DNA from: Hydrolagus colliei
Taxonomy: Eukaryota
Length of the DNA stretch: 64,000 nucleotides
Direction: 5' to 3'
Assembly (NCBI GenBank): GCA_035084275.1
Contig: CM068748.1
Span: 10,230,001-10,294,000 of the forward strand
Each line of letters starts with the position of its first letter. Position 1 is the stretch's first letter. Under the pieces are notes generated by a model. The model made no database searches, was not told the DNA's origin, and was given only the letters and a program-made list of their open reading frames with translations. The position numbers and the translations under genes are program-made. Below are positions 1 to 12,330 of this stretch, in pieces.

Positions 1-570
1 AACACACCATATGGATCAAGTATTTCATGAGGAACAGATGACTGCGTGATACTGGGAAATGATTGGAGGGTGATTATGATAACAAGACATACTTTTAATT
101 CTAGAATGGCATCAGTGTAACATGAAAGACTGTACATGATAACAATGTCATTTAACCTCCTAATTTACTTCACCTAATTTGTTTTGCTCTGAAACTTTAA
201 AGCTAGTCCAGGAGAGCGTGAGACTGCTATTCTACAGATTAAATATGTTTAGAAATTCTTTTAGTTGTGTATATAATTCACACACACAATAAATCTGTGG
301 TTTGATCTTGATATAATGCACCAGAGTCTAACTATTATTCTTTATATTGGTCCTCGGATTGTGCTCAATAAGCTGTATGCTACTAAATTGTAAGTTGAAA
401 ATTATTAAAATATTTATGACTACTGAATATGAAAATCCAGCAGGAGAATAGTTTATATCTCGACCCAACTAAAAGTAACACAAAAATGGAAAACAAAGCT
501 GTGAAATGTGTGAGCAAAAAAGACCTGTATTCAATTCCTGGCAGGGCGAAATGTTGGGCAAGTTTCGTTA

Positions 571-1490
571 CAACAACAACAACTTGGATTTATATAGTGC
601 CCTCCACGCCGAATGGCGTCTCAGAGCGCTTCCCAATAATGGATACCAGGGCCGAGCCAGGGGGAGGGGGAAGAAGGTGACCAAAAGTGCAGTCGAAAAT
701 AAAGATCTTTAGCTTCCTGATAATAGGAAAGGAGGGGGGCGAGGTGAAGGGAGTGAGGGCGGGATAATAGGAAGGGAGTGGGGCATAATGGCTGAAGGCA
801 CGGCTGCCGATGGTGGAGCGGAGGATTCGGGGGACAAAGAGGAGGCCAGTCCCGGTGGAGCGAAGGCAATGCGTACTCTTGTGAGGGGAGAGGTCAATAA
901 CAACAACAAAATTATATTTATAGAACGCCTTTCACGGGACCCGAGCTGGGGTGAGGGGTCGGGGTAGGGGAAGGAGAGTGGGAGAGGGGGGAGAGTTAGG
1001 AGTGGAGCAGAAGGCACAGTCGAAGAGGAAGGTCTTGAGATCGGCCTTAAAGGAGGAAAGGGAGGAAGCGAGGTGAAGGGATTGCGGGATGGAGTTCCAG
1101 AATGTGGGGGCAGAGAGGCTGAAAGCCCGGCCACCGATGGTAGGGTGGTTTGGGCGGGGGACAAGGAGCAGGCAAGAGCCCGCTGAACGAAGGGGACGGG
1201 CAGGATGATAGGGAGACAGCAGGTCGGAGAGATAGGCGTGAATGGCCTTGAAAGTGAGGATGAGGATTTTGAATTCGATCCTCTGGGAGATGCGGAGCCA
1301 GTGGAGACGGGCGAGGGTGAGAGTGATGTGGTCAGAGAGGTAGTGGGGTGCAGAGGAATGGAAGGATTTGAATACAAGATAGAGGATCTTGAAATCGATC
1401 CTCTCCAGGACAGGGAGCCAGTGCAGCCTGGCAAGGACTGGGGTAATCGGGGAGCGGAGTTTTGTGTTTTGTACGGGTGAGAATGCGGAC
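571..1490 (-). mobile_element. Two adjacent L2-clade LINE 3' fragments
   Basis: ORF 932..1528 encodes the L2 ORF2 C-terminus (HITPVLARLHWLPV..RIDFKIL, GGRAFS.SAP..WNS.P, FKADLKTFLF). (CAA)n tails at ~571 and ~900. Confidence 0.9.
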
Positions 1491-3469
1491 AGTGGAGTTC
1501 TGTATGAGCTGGACTTCATACTCGACATGCCTCTATTTACCTAGCAGTATGTAGGAACCCATTTGTTAGTTGATTGGTGGATCGCTTTTCCAGGGATAAT
1601 AATCCCTCAAAAACAATAATAATGTGGTCACTCAATCCACGACTGTTTGTGGGACACTGCTGTGTGCAATTGGCGACTTATTACTATTAGAACTACAGTA
1701 CTATGAATCCTATTTTTGTCAGGTGAGCTTGCCCCCTGCTGCTCATTTCTTGAATAAAATGACCTATTATAAAGATGCAGTAGTTTTCAACACAGCTAAT
1801 AATATAGAATAGTCTTCTGAAAAAACACAATTTTGTAAGAGAACTCCAAGTCTGCTTACACACTGAAGTAGAAAGATATAAAAACACAATTTTATGATTT
1901 AAAGTCATTTAAATTCAACAACCTGCTACACTCCTTAATTTCAATTTCCGTGGATTTCATTTCTAGGTAGATTGTACTTTTAGCCATTTAGATTCATTTT
2001 ATTTCTAGACACTGGAAACGTACAGTATGTTTGCCAACCATTTTGTAATGAATGATAAAAAGGTGAATTGTCCAAGTGGTAGATTGAAAGCTCCTTTGAG
2101 CAGATTTTCTTTTGCTTCGGAGCAAAAGAAAGTCCACCCAGCATTCTCTACTAAATATTTATCGTCATAACAGAAATGTTGTAATCACAAAGATTTAAGA
2201 AATTGAATTGCACACGGTCACTCCTAAGTGAGAGCTTTTCAGAGATTCTGGATGTCTTGCAGACTGGTTTCAGTTAGTGAGTTGACTCAAGCACCACATA
2301 CACGGGAAATTCAAAGTAGAATAAAGGCACTAATGCCAATACTTTGTCTTTGATCACGTCTAACCTAAGTGTTATAGCCAATATAAAAGTATATTAATCA
2401 CATGCTGGGTCTTCTCCCAGATGATTCAAGGCATGCTTTACTTCAGTGCACAGAGTTCAGTGCTATAAGATCCCCTAACTACACCCAATAAGTTGAGCAT
2501 TGCTGCAACTTCATCTTGAACTGGTACTTTTATTAATCTGCTGATATAGAATACAATGAATACAAAATTGCATTCATTGATGGCTACGAGATGGCAGAAC
2601 AAACAATAATACTGTGAGATGTTCATGGAAAAATCATTTTCACCCCCATTTCATCCTAATCCAATATTTGCAGCCCAAAGTTACATTGAATCAAATCTAC
2701 AACTATGAATACAAATATAACCACTATATATTACTGCAATATATTAGGCATACAAATAATGTCATTTTTTTCTTAAAGGAAAACATTGACGTCTACAGGT
2801 TAACATGCAAAAGAATTTGGTTATTCATAGTAGTGTTCGCTTCAAATCAATTTACTTCCTTTTTATTCTTACAAAAATATAAACAAAGAACATTATTTGT
2901 AGATTTGTTTACTTTGTAGTAGCAACACATTTTACAATTCTCATGTCAACTTGACATTTGAAGAAACTGACATAGTTGTCGCTTATTTAATTCATTTAGG
3001 TGGTATGGTATTTTGGTCTAGCAGCCACGAAAACATGAAATGTTGGAAGTATGGAAATACGCATTAGAATAGAAGCGGAGATCTGGTAAATTTAGAATTA
3101 AACAGCTGCAAAAAAATTGACGGAATCATATTACTTAATGGACTGGATTTCCTTTGCTCTGTCATTTTTTTTCACGAGGCCTGACAAAAACAATCTTTCA
3201 TCATAATTTGTATGTGTTATCTATTTGTAGAGAGCCCCATTAATTTTGGGGGGGTTTATTTTTCAGGAATTTCATGGTATTTTGTTTCAACCATTAACAT
3301 TTTTGTTGTTTCTTTTTATCCTATTTACATTGATAAACTACCTCAAATAACCAAATATAAATAAAAACAAGCATAAATCACAGTTTAGCCCAAACAAAGC
3401 ACCCAAATAATCCAATAAAGGGAAGAGTTAAACACTCACATTGGGACTCAAAGGGAAGTGCTCCCACCA

Positions 3470-4216
3470 TACACACAGAGGGACCCCCACACACACACAC
3501 AGACACACACACATAGACACACACACATAAATAAACACACTCTCACAGACACACACACATAAATAAACACACTCTCACAGACACACACACACATAAATAA
3601 ACACACTCTCACAGACACACACACATAAATAAACACACTCACAGACACACACATACACATAGGGACGCCCCCCCCCACACACACACAAACACATATAGAT
3701 ACAAGGACACACACACACACGCAGAGGGACCTACACACACAGACACACACAGCTATAGGGGAAACACACACACACACATATAGATATATACATATATATA
3801 CACACAGACACACACAGCTATAGGGGAAACACACACATATAGATATATACATATATATACACACAGACACACACAGCTATAGGGGAAACACACACACACA
3901 TATAGATATATACATATATATACATACAGACACACACAGCTATAGGGGAAACACACACACACATATAGATATATACATATATATACACACACAGACACAC
4001 ACAGCTATAGGGGAAACACACACACATAGATATATACATATATATATATATACACACACACACATACAGAGGACCCCCCCCCCCTACCCCACACACACAC
4101 ACATACAGAAGGACTCCACACACACACACATAGATATATACATAAATATATATATATACCCACCCACACACAGAGGGACCCTCCCCACACACACACACAC
4201 ACACGTGTATATATAT
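3470..4216. repeat. Compound (CA)n/(TA)n microsatellite with ~60-bp minisatellite units
   Basis: About five repeats of agctataggggaaacacac..atagatatatacatatatatacacacagacacacac, plus CA arrays. Confidence 0.95.
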
Positions 4217-4307
4217 AGGGACTCACTTTCCTCTCCTGGGTATTTAATTGTGCATTTAATGTTTATTTTTCACAGATCCATTGCCCCCACCGTCACCGAC
4301 TCACACG

Positions 4308-4389
4308 GCAGCGATGGCCGAGTGGTTAAGGCGTTGGACTTGAAATCCAATGGGGTCTCCCCGCGCAGGTTCGAACCCTGCTCGCTGCG
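4308..4389 (+). tRNA. TRS-TGA: tRNA-Ser (anticodon TGA), 82 nt, long variable arm
   Basis: Acceptor stem GCAGCGA/TCGCTGC, A box TGGCCGAGTGG, anticodon arm TTGGA-CTTGAAA-TCCAA, variable arm GGGG-TCT-CCCC, B box GGTTCGAACCC, discriminator G. Confidence 0.97.
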
Positions 4390-4393
4390 CAAG

Positions 4394-4398
4394 TTTTT
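4394..4398 (+). terminator. Pol III terminator (T5) of tRNA-Ser
   Basis: TTTTT starts 5 nt after the tRNA 3' end. Confidence 0.8.
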
Positions 4399-6079
4399 CC
4401 TTTCAGTCTTCGCTTTGCCTGAGAGAGGAAAATATATATATATATATATACACACACAGATAGACAAATAACACTGTATCATTCATCACTCTCACACTCT
4501 CTCTCTCTCTCTCTCCACACAAACCCTCTTTGCCCCCACAAAGTCACAAGAGTTGGTTTAATCTCATTTCACCGGCAGCTTCTTCGGATTGAATATTTAT
4601 TGTGTATCAATCTCTGCAGCAGGGACATGTCTCAAGGCATTTTATATCATAATAATAATTTCATATCCCTGGGGAATAGAGTGTAAACAGCACAGTTCTG
4701 ATGCATCCCCCCCCTCCCCAGCGACATAATAATAAATATATATCATAAATAATAAGAAGAAATAATATTAATGATAAATCTTTGCAGCCTGGATTCCTGG
4801 CTAAACCATCCCATCTTTTCAAGCCCCCCCCCCCCCCCCCCTTATAACTGAAATCCCTGATGTCTTGTAACATTCCTGGTGTTTCTGTGACATGACCATG
4901 GAGCACAGCAACAACAACAACAACAACACATTACACTTATAAAGTGCCTTTCACGTCGGGAGGACGTCCCAAGGCGCTGCACTACTGCAAGCCATCAATA
5001 CCATCAATTGTAGTTTGGGAATGATTGATTCTAGTGACCGACAGTGCGCACACACACACACAATATGGAATAAAATCTTGTACTTAAGTCCCATTTTCAT
5101 ATAGTGGCATTAGAAGGTTTCTCTTGGACAGTAGGAACACAAGATTTCAAAGGAAAAGAAAGACAAAACTGGACCCCCCCCCCCAATTGCCAGTGAGAAG
5201 ATATTTTATTCATTTATAATATTATACTATAACATATTCAGTATAATATGTTGTACTTACGCCTCGGGAGGTGAGGTTCTTACAATACTAAATTATCCGT
5301 CATTCAAATTATCTTTATTAATATTGAGGGATTTCTTTTATTTTTCATAGTACCATCCAATAGCAATCAAAATACCTGTAAAGGTATACTGTTAATAAAA
5401 AAAAGTTTATGGGGAACAATGCATATAGTTTTGAGGGAATATCTTGACATTCAAAGAGGCGAGCTTTATATCATCAACAACAACAACAGCAACAAAATTA
5501 CACTTGTATAGTGTCTCTCACATCAGGAGGACATCCCAAGGTGCTGGGAATATTCGTTGCTCCTACCTCAAAGCTATAAGACCGTGTGTACTCATTTAAA
5601 CCCAAAGCAACACACCGTTGTTGCAGTGATACAAATTTATTTGAAAAATATGATTTGCTGTTCTCTTGGAGCCACAAGTACACAGGCCTTTGTGTGCTTT
5701 TGACTCCAAGAAGACAGAAATAGTATTTTTAATAATTGGTCCATTAGCCAGCCTAAATCAAAAATAATTAGGTAAGTTGTGGGGAAAATATATTTTGATT
5801 TATCAATGTGTCCAAATAATATCTTTGGTGTGGTCACAGGCTGTGTTACATTATAATTTACATACAACCCAGATATAGTTCCGCACTGTACTGGAATAGA
5901 AAAAAAATTGTTTTGTACCAATAGAAACCAACAGAATAGATTGAAAAAGATACGGTCTAAACTGTGATGTTTTATGGTGTAAAGACAAATTAGATTATCT
6001 GTCAATATTGGTTCACATTGCTGATTTAGTGAGCAACTAGTTCAAACAAATACTATTAATACAGTACATATATGGAGTT

Positions 6080-6390
6080 CTTTAGTGTAGTGGTTAGGAC
6101 ACTTGCTGCGAAAGGATTTTGATTCCTGGTCAGAGGGAAATGTTAGATAAGTTTCCTTGCCTCTGTTTACCTGGCAGTAAGTAGAAACCCACTTGTTAGT
6201 AGACTGACAGATTGTTTTTCCAGGTGTAATAATCCTTTTAAAAAATAATTGTAATTTGGTCCGTGATTCCATGACTGTTTGTGGGACAAGACTGATGCAA
6301 TTGGCTGCTACGCGTTTTGCCCACAAAATACAGTCAATTGACTTTACAGTATATTCTTTTGAGATGCTTTGAGACATTCTTGAAGATGTG
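6080..6390 (+). mobile_element. tRNA-derived SINE, degenerate copy
   Basis: tRNA-like head (tagtgtagtggttaggacacttg) and the family core gactgtttgtgggaca..caattggctgc. Confidence 0.75.
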
Positions 6391-7264
6391 ATGAATAGAG
6401 ATGACATGGAAAATTATGAAATCAGTAGGGAGCTGGCGTTCTGTCAAATAAGAAAGAAAATTGCAGATGAAGAAGGTGGTGGACCGGGGTGCTGATGTCA
6501 CTTTAGTTAGACACATGTTCCAGTGGAAATGAAATCTGTGGGGATTTTAGACTGTTGATGCTTTCCATTTCCAAAATTTGAATTAAAATGATCACTGTCA
6601 AAGCACGAGAATAGAGATCCTTTGCAAAATGAAGAGAGATATCTTTTAAATGAACTTTTTTTCACAAATAAAATGACAGTAATTGCTGGAAATAAGTAAA
6701 AACTGATATCCATTTGCATGAGACAAAATGTAATTAAACTTTCTGGATAAGAGATGATAATAATAATAATCCTTGGAATTGATATAGCGCTTTTCGTGAC
6801 TTCTAGACATCTCAAAGCGCTTCACAGAATGTACTGTAACGTGAATTGACTGTATATTTTGTGGGTGAATCAAGGAGTAAATCAAAATTCATTCAGATCA
6901 GCAAACCTACTCCAAACTAAAAAACTGTTCAGTTATTACTCCAATTTTTGGAGGGGGGAGTTTGTTTGGAATTAAGGCCTTTAAGGCAGTTAAGTGTTAA
7001 TAATAGTCTTCACTATCACCAGTATCTTAACATTTTCTGTTAAGCAGCAACTAAACTTTGAAGTCAATGGTAAGTTATATCACTCAATCAAAATCCAACC
7101 ACAACCTTTATAGTTATAACCTTACAAGCAGAAATTGAGTGTTTTGGCCCTGATAATTCTTTAGGTGGGTGGTAAGGTAAGCATGCTAGATAGAATATTC
7201 TAATCTAATTTCACAGAAAACAAGATAAGCAAGTTTTAATGAGGTGAGGTTGTTATTTGTGTAG

Positions 7265-10200
7265 GATGTACTGTAGCAATCTTTACTCCCACTTCAGGAA
7301 GCAGGACCTGGGAGAATAGAATTTTAATTTGGAACGTTTAGCAGTTAGTCTGCATAAAGATTACATGGGAAGAAAGCAAAAGATAAAGAAAGTAAATGAT
7401 AATATTGAAGACAACCAAACATAGATCATACTAATTAATAGTCACTGATATGTGGCTTCTCACCAAGGATTCAGATATGCCTTCCTTTGTATACTGCGTG
7501 TGATTTTATCTGTTAAAGTATACCTGATATGAAGCTTAATCTATAAAAATAAGTGTTATAAAACATATTTTGTGTAAAATGTTAAACATTTGATCTGTGC
7601 AATCTGCCTTTCAGTACTTACAGGTGTGCACTAGTTTTAAATTTCAGATTACTTTGAAATAAATTGTTCTCTAGCTATAAAACAAATTCTCTCCAAATGT
7701 ACATCTAGATCATCTGGGGTTCTGAAGAAGATCTTTCATGGACTGAATAATTATCTGAAGATTACCACTTGTGGACTGATTGGAGCAGGAATGTTTAATG
7801 GTACATTCCATCTGATTTTTTAATTAACTTTAACTAAAAAATTATTTGGTTGCAAAGAGATAGCCAAATGGTCCTTTGATCAATTAGTTTAGAATTAGTT
7901 CACACATATTTTTTCTCTCAAGAATATCATAATGAGCATGACTAAACCTTGTATTTTTAGCCTTAATTTCTTTTATGCTCATTTGAAACACTTATTTGCT
8001 TTATCCAAATATTGTAGCTTGTTTCAAAGATAACAACTGTGGCTTATCAAAACAGATGTTTTGTTGACTAAACTGCTCCTTTTATTTGATACCACAACTC
8101 ATTTTCAATTAGTTATCTATTTACAGTAAAATTACATACAATTATTGTAATTGTATGTCAAGAACCAGAATGCATATCATTAGCATTAAGTAGACATATG
8201 ATTCACTAAAAGAAAACAAAAAATAAACCTTGTTTTAATTTTCCGGGCAATTGAATAACACTATAAAATTCAACATAATCAGTGACCATTTTTCTAACCT
8301 ATTCACATCCAACAAATATGCTGTATTTTAAACTTTTCTATGTATTATTACTTTTAAAAATTAATATATTTTACAAATATGCAACATCTAAGTGTTTTGT
8401 AGATCAGAATGATTATATTGTCACAACAAAGGGAAAAAAAAATATGTTTTTTTTATAGAAGCAAGTGTTTGCAAATCATGCGTTCCAACTATGTTTTGTG
8501 CAAGTTATTAAATTCCTAGTTTTTAAAAAATAAATTGACCAATATTATTTAATCTCTAATGGTTTGCCACAGGCAGTGGAACCTTAAAGGGCAGTTACGC
8601 CACCGGTACAGTTCACCAGAATAATTGTAATAGAGTAATGTAAACAGCAGGCAATGAATTAGACTGCTGGATGTGAATTGCTTGTTCCATTTTGTCACAA
8701 AAGGGATCAAAGAGAATAATGCAGGTTCTGCCTTTTCTGTACGTAAATGCTGGGCTGATGTCTCCATGACTCAGACATCCGCTGATGTGCCAGATGACAG
8801 CTCACTTTTTATGATTCAGAACACAGCAGGAAAACAGAAAACCCTTCAAGCCCATTGATTCTCAAACGTTTGATACTGACTCAGAGGCCTCTTTATATAA
8901 GATTCAAATGTTGAAAACAATTAATTCCACCTCTAATTTAAGATAATTCAACAAAACAAATCATTATTTTCTGAACATATTCCAGCTGATAACAAATCAA
9001 CTGTATAATTTCTGCAAAGGCGACGTCAAAGCTCAGACAGGAAACATTTTGGACTCTGTCTGAATTTTCCACTCCACTCCAGAGATTGGGGCAGAGTGGC
9101 TGAAGGCCCGCCTGCCAACGGTGGGGTGGGTGGGTTGGGGGACTGGAGCAGGCCAGAGCCTGCTGAGCGGAGAGGCCAGGCAGGTTGGTAGGGGGTTAGG
9201 AGATCGTAGATGTAGGGTGGGGCGAAGCCGTGGAGGGCTTTGAACGTGAGGACCAGGATCTTCAATTGGATCCTCTGGTTAGTGGGGAGCGAATGGAGTT
9301 GGGCGAGGATGGGGGACATGCGGTCATGAAGCTTGGAGCGGTAGAGGTCACGGGCCACAGAGTTTTGGATTATCTGCAACCTATGGAGGGAGGAATTGGG
9401 AAGGCCGACAAGCATAGTCGAGTTGGGATGTGATGAAGGCATTTATGAGGGTTTCAACAGCCTAGGGTGTGAAGTAATGGCGGAGTTGGGCAATATTGTG
9501 GAGGTGAGGGAAGGCAGAGCGGTTCATTGCCTGGATGTGGGAGAGGAAAGATAGTTGAGGATCGAATAAGACACCTCGGTTCCTGACTGTCTTGGTGAGG
9601 TTAAATGTGCAACCATGGAGGTTGATGCTGCCAGTGCCTGATGTGTGAAGGCGTTGGTGCGAGCCAATCAGGAGACATTATTGACATTCAACTGTAGAAA
9701 GTTAGCTCTCATCCAGGACTTGATGTCTGACAGGCAATCTGTCAGAAAGATAGTGGTCCTGGAGTTGGAGGTAGAGGCAGAAAGATAGAGTTGGGTGTCA
9801 TCTGCATACATGTAGAAATTGAACCCATGTCTGTGAATGATGTCACCAAGGAGGAGCATGTAGATTGTAGATGTTAAAAAGTAGGGAGCCAAGGACAGAG
9901 CCGTGCGGGATGCCACAGGTGACAGTGTGGGGCCTGGAAGAGAAGCCGTTGTTGGAGACAAAGTGCAATCCAACCAAATTGGCTAAATGAGTCAAACCAC
10001 CATCAGAAAAGTCTCTTTTTTTAAGAAAACTTCCTTTGCTGAATGTGTAGATCCTTCAAATGAATAGAGCCTTTCTCAGGTAAATCACCCAGGAAATGAT
10101 ACTCCAGCTTTTTAAAGATTTAAAACAGTTTGCAAAACTTTTATGTTGAGAATTATGTGTATTGTTTATGTGGTAATGCCCCCTTGTGGCCAGAATTCTG

Positions 10201-12330
10201 GTTACGCGAAACTCAACTTTATTGCAAGTTTCAGTTTTATAATATTCACAACAGGTCAGCACATTCATTTTACTTGATGCTATTCATTTTTAAATTGAAA
10301 GTTTCAATTAGAAGTGATCATTAAAAGTGACATTTGAGTTCTTAAATTATCCATCATTTTTCTTGTGTAATGTATTACTGAATAATCATATGCCTTATTT
10401 TCCTTACACTGTTTATTTTCAAGTGATGTAGGATATTGGATCTACAGAATGAAGGTAGAACTATATGACCAAAACTGCATCTGTATTCCAATTGAATTGG
10501 TCAGAATTAGAATTAAAATTTAACATTGAAGACATTTTCACTTCCTTGATAAGCTGAAGTCAAAACTAGTAAATGGAGCCATCCCATACACTATATTAAG
10601 ATTTATTGTGGCCACTGACTCAACTAAGTATTCAGGTATACATGTATCTGTTGTTCTGGGCTTACATCCCTTTCAGGTCCCATGGACTTAAAAGGAAGGT
10701 TTTACAGACACTTAAAAAATCCTCGCTGGTTCATTGGGAATTGTCTGCAGGTGTCATTTACCCACAAGGGTATGAAAGCTAGGGAAAGCCAATGCATACA
10801 CCCAGTGTGCTATTGAGACAGTGCGCTTATACAGTAATGAGTACAAATCTTCAAGAAAGCTCATTACCTGTATTATTTTACCACTTAAGTCTCAAATAAA
10901 GCTGTTCAACGATAACTGCAGACCGCAGAACACCCACTGATAAGAGTCAAACCATTGAACTGGTATGATCAACTGCATGCTAAATACAATGTCAGAGAAA
11001 TTTAGTTGGGTTCTGAATCCGCTGCAAAATCATAACTAGAGTGGTTTACAATATTGCTATGCATTCAGATGTGTCCTCTGCTGGCTGTAGCTGTACCTTG
11101 GAATTCTTTTTTCAATATATTAAAGGTCAAAAGGGAATACCAATTATCCCAACCATGAAGTTTCACACAATATCTCTCCTGTCTGTGTTGCTCTCTTTCA
11201 GACAGTTATGCCACAAAATGTTGCCACTTACATGGATGCAGAATGTGCGGTTGGAGCTGCTCTGATAACAAAGTGGGTAATTCACCGCCCAGTGGATTGC
11301 TGAAACACAGTCAAGGATGATCCTAGACTTGATCGCTGGCTTGTGCTGACAGGTGTACATGACTATAATTGGCTTCAGAAACCTTGTAGAAAGAAGCAAA
11401 AAAAACTCAGAAAGCAGTGTTCATTATCCGGTGAGCCTGTTTGTAAAGTTTGTACGTGGATGTTCATGCTTAGGAAATGTTATGAATAAATCCTCGAGTA
11501 GCAGCTCTGTAAACTCTGTACAAGGTTTTAATATTTTCAGCCATAGCTCTTTGTTACTATCCTCCATAAATCTGAGTTAAACATTTTGGCCAAGAATCCT
11601 GAGCTCATATTCTCATTGCTTCCTAAAATTTATTTGTTTGTAAATACCCCAAATATATCCACTCTATATTGTGCCCACAAATAACCAATCAATATATTTT
11701 ATAGTAGTATATTCTGTGAAGCACTTTGAGACGTCTAGAAGACGTGATAAGGTGCTATATCAAATGGAAGTATTATTATATTGGCATCAGTGCCAATTGT
11801 GAAACATGCACACTGTAAAATTCAGATTGAGTTTTGTAAACCAGGAACTGTGAATGCTTCAGTTCTTGTTTTGCTCAAGCCCTGTGACAAATCTGCTTTC
11901 AGCATGAATTTGACTTTTAGATTATTTGGAGGTTACTTTCAAGGTGAATTTGAATAGGTTTTTGAGAAATCACTCATTGCTGAGTGAAGTGTTTGACATT
12001 AAATGAATGGATATATATAGTTGAAAGGGTCTGATGTTTGTTTTCCCAGATGACTCTTTGCCAGAAGGTTTCCAAACATAATGCCATGTTAGACTAGTGA
12101 CACAGATTGCAGAAAGCTTTCCAGATGTTCCAATCACATCAAACTCATATGACCAGTAAATTCTATGCATGATTCAGTTAGGTAAGTAAACAGATAGCTG
12201 GTATGCGGAAAATTAACCAGACACTATATTCCATTAGGTCTTGTTGATGTGTTAAAGAACAGAAATAAGGTTCTCCGGTGGTTTACTGCAAATAGGACAA
12301 AATTATTAAAAACTATGCATAAAGCACTGG
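7265..12330 (+). pseudogene. Putative unprocessed pseudogene of a cGAS/Mab-21-like nucleotidyltransferase (cGLR) with C-terminal extension
   Basis: AG/GT-bounded segments with compatible phases: 7648-7800, 8573-10254 (L2-interrupted), 10677-~11090, 11202-11430, 12050-12181, 12238-~12330; a weaker upstream segment starts at 7265. Motifs FNGSGTLKGSY..x..NELDCWM, LWPEFWLRETQL, GLKRKVLQTLKK, YTQCAIETVRLYSNE. Multiple in-frame stops and frameshifts. Family call is by eye. Confidence 0.55.
9078..9965 (-). mobile_element. L2 LINE fragment (RT and ORF2 C-terminus), inserted in putative pseudogene exon
   Basis: [10 protein letters not shown] motif in ORF 9668..9973; LQIIQNS..LAQLHSLP..RIQLKIL in ORF 9026..9442. 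Confidence 0.92.

Noticed and set aside
709-1528. 198-241 aa ORFs as host genes or an active reverse transcriptase
   Set aside because: Truncated L2 3' fragments with no intact ORF2; the same applies to the other L2/CR1 ORFs.
1-3400. Possible CTNNA3 5' exons expected from human synteny
   Set aside because: No alpha-catenin peptide or convincing exon was recognisable.
3448-4226. Cys/Val-rich ORFs and a regularly spaced, CRISPR-like repeat
   Set aside because: These are translations of CA/TA microsatellite; the spacers are not unique and the context is eukaryotic.
11298-11303. In-frame TGC-TGA (Cys-Sec-like) within an otherwise open 229-nt exon, suggesting a new selenoprotein
   Set aside because: Phase-linked neighbouring exons carry TAA stops (8641, 12079, 12157) and frameshifts, and I found no convincing SECIS. 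A nonsense mutation in a pseudogene is the simpler explanation.
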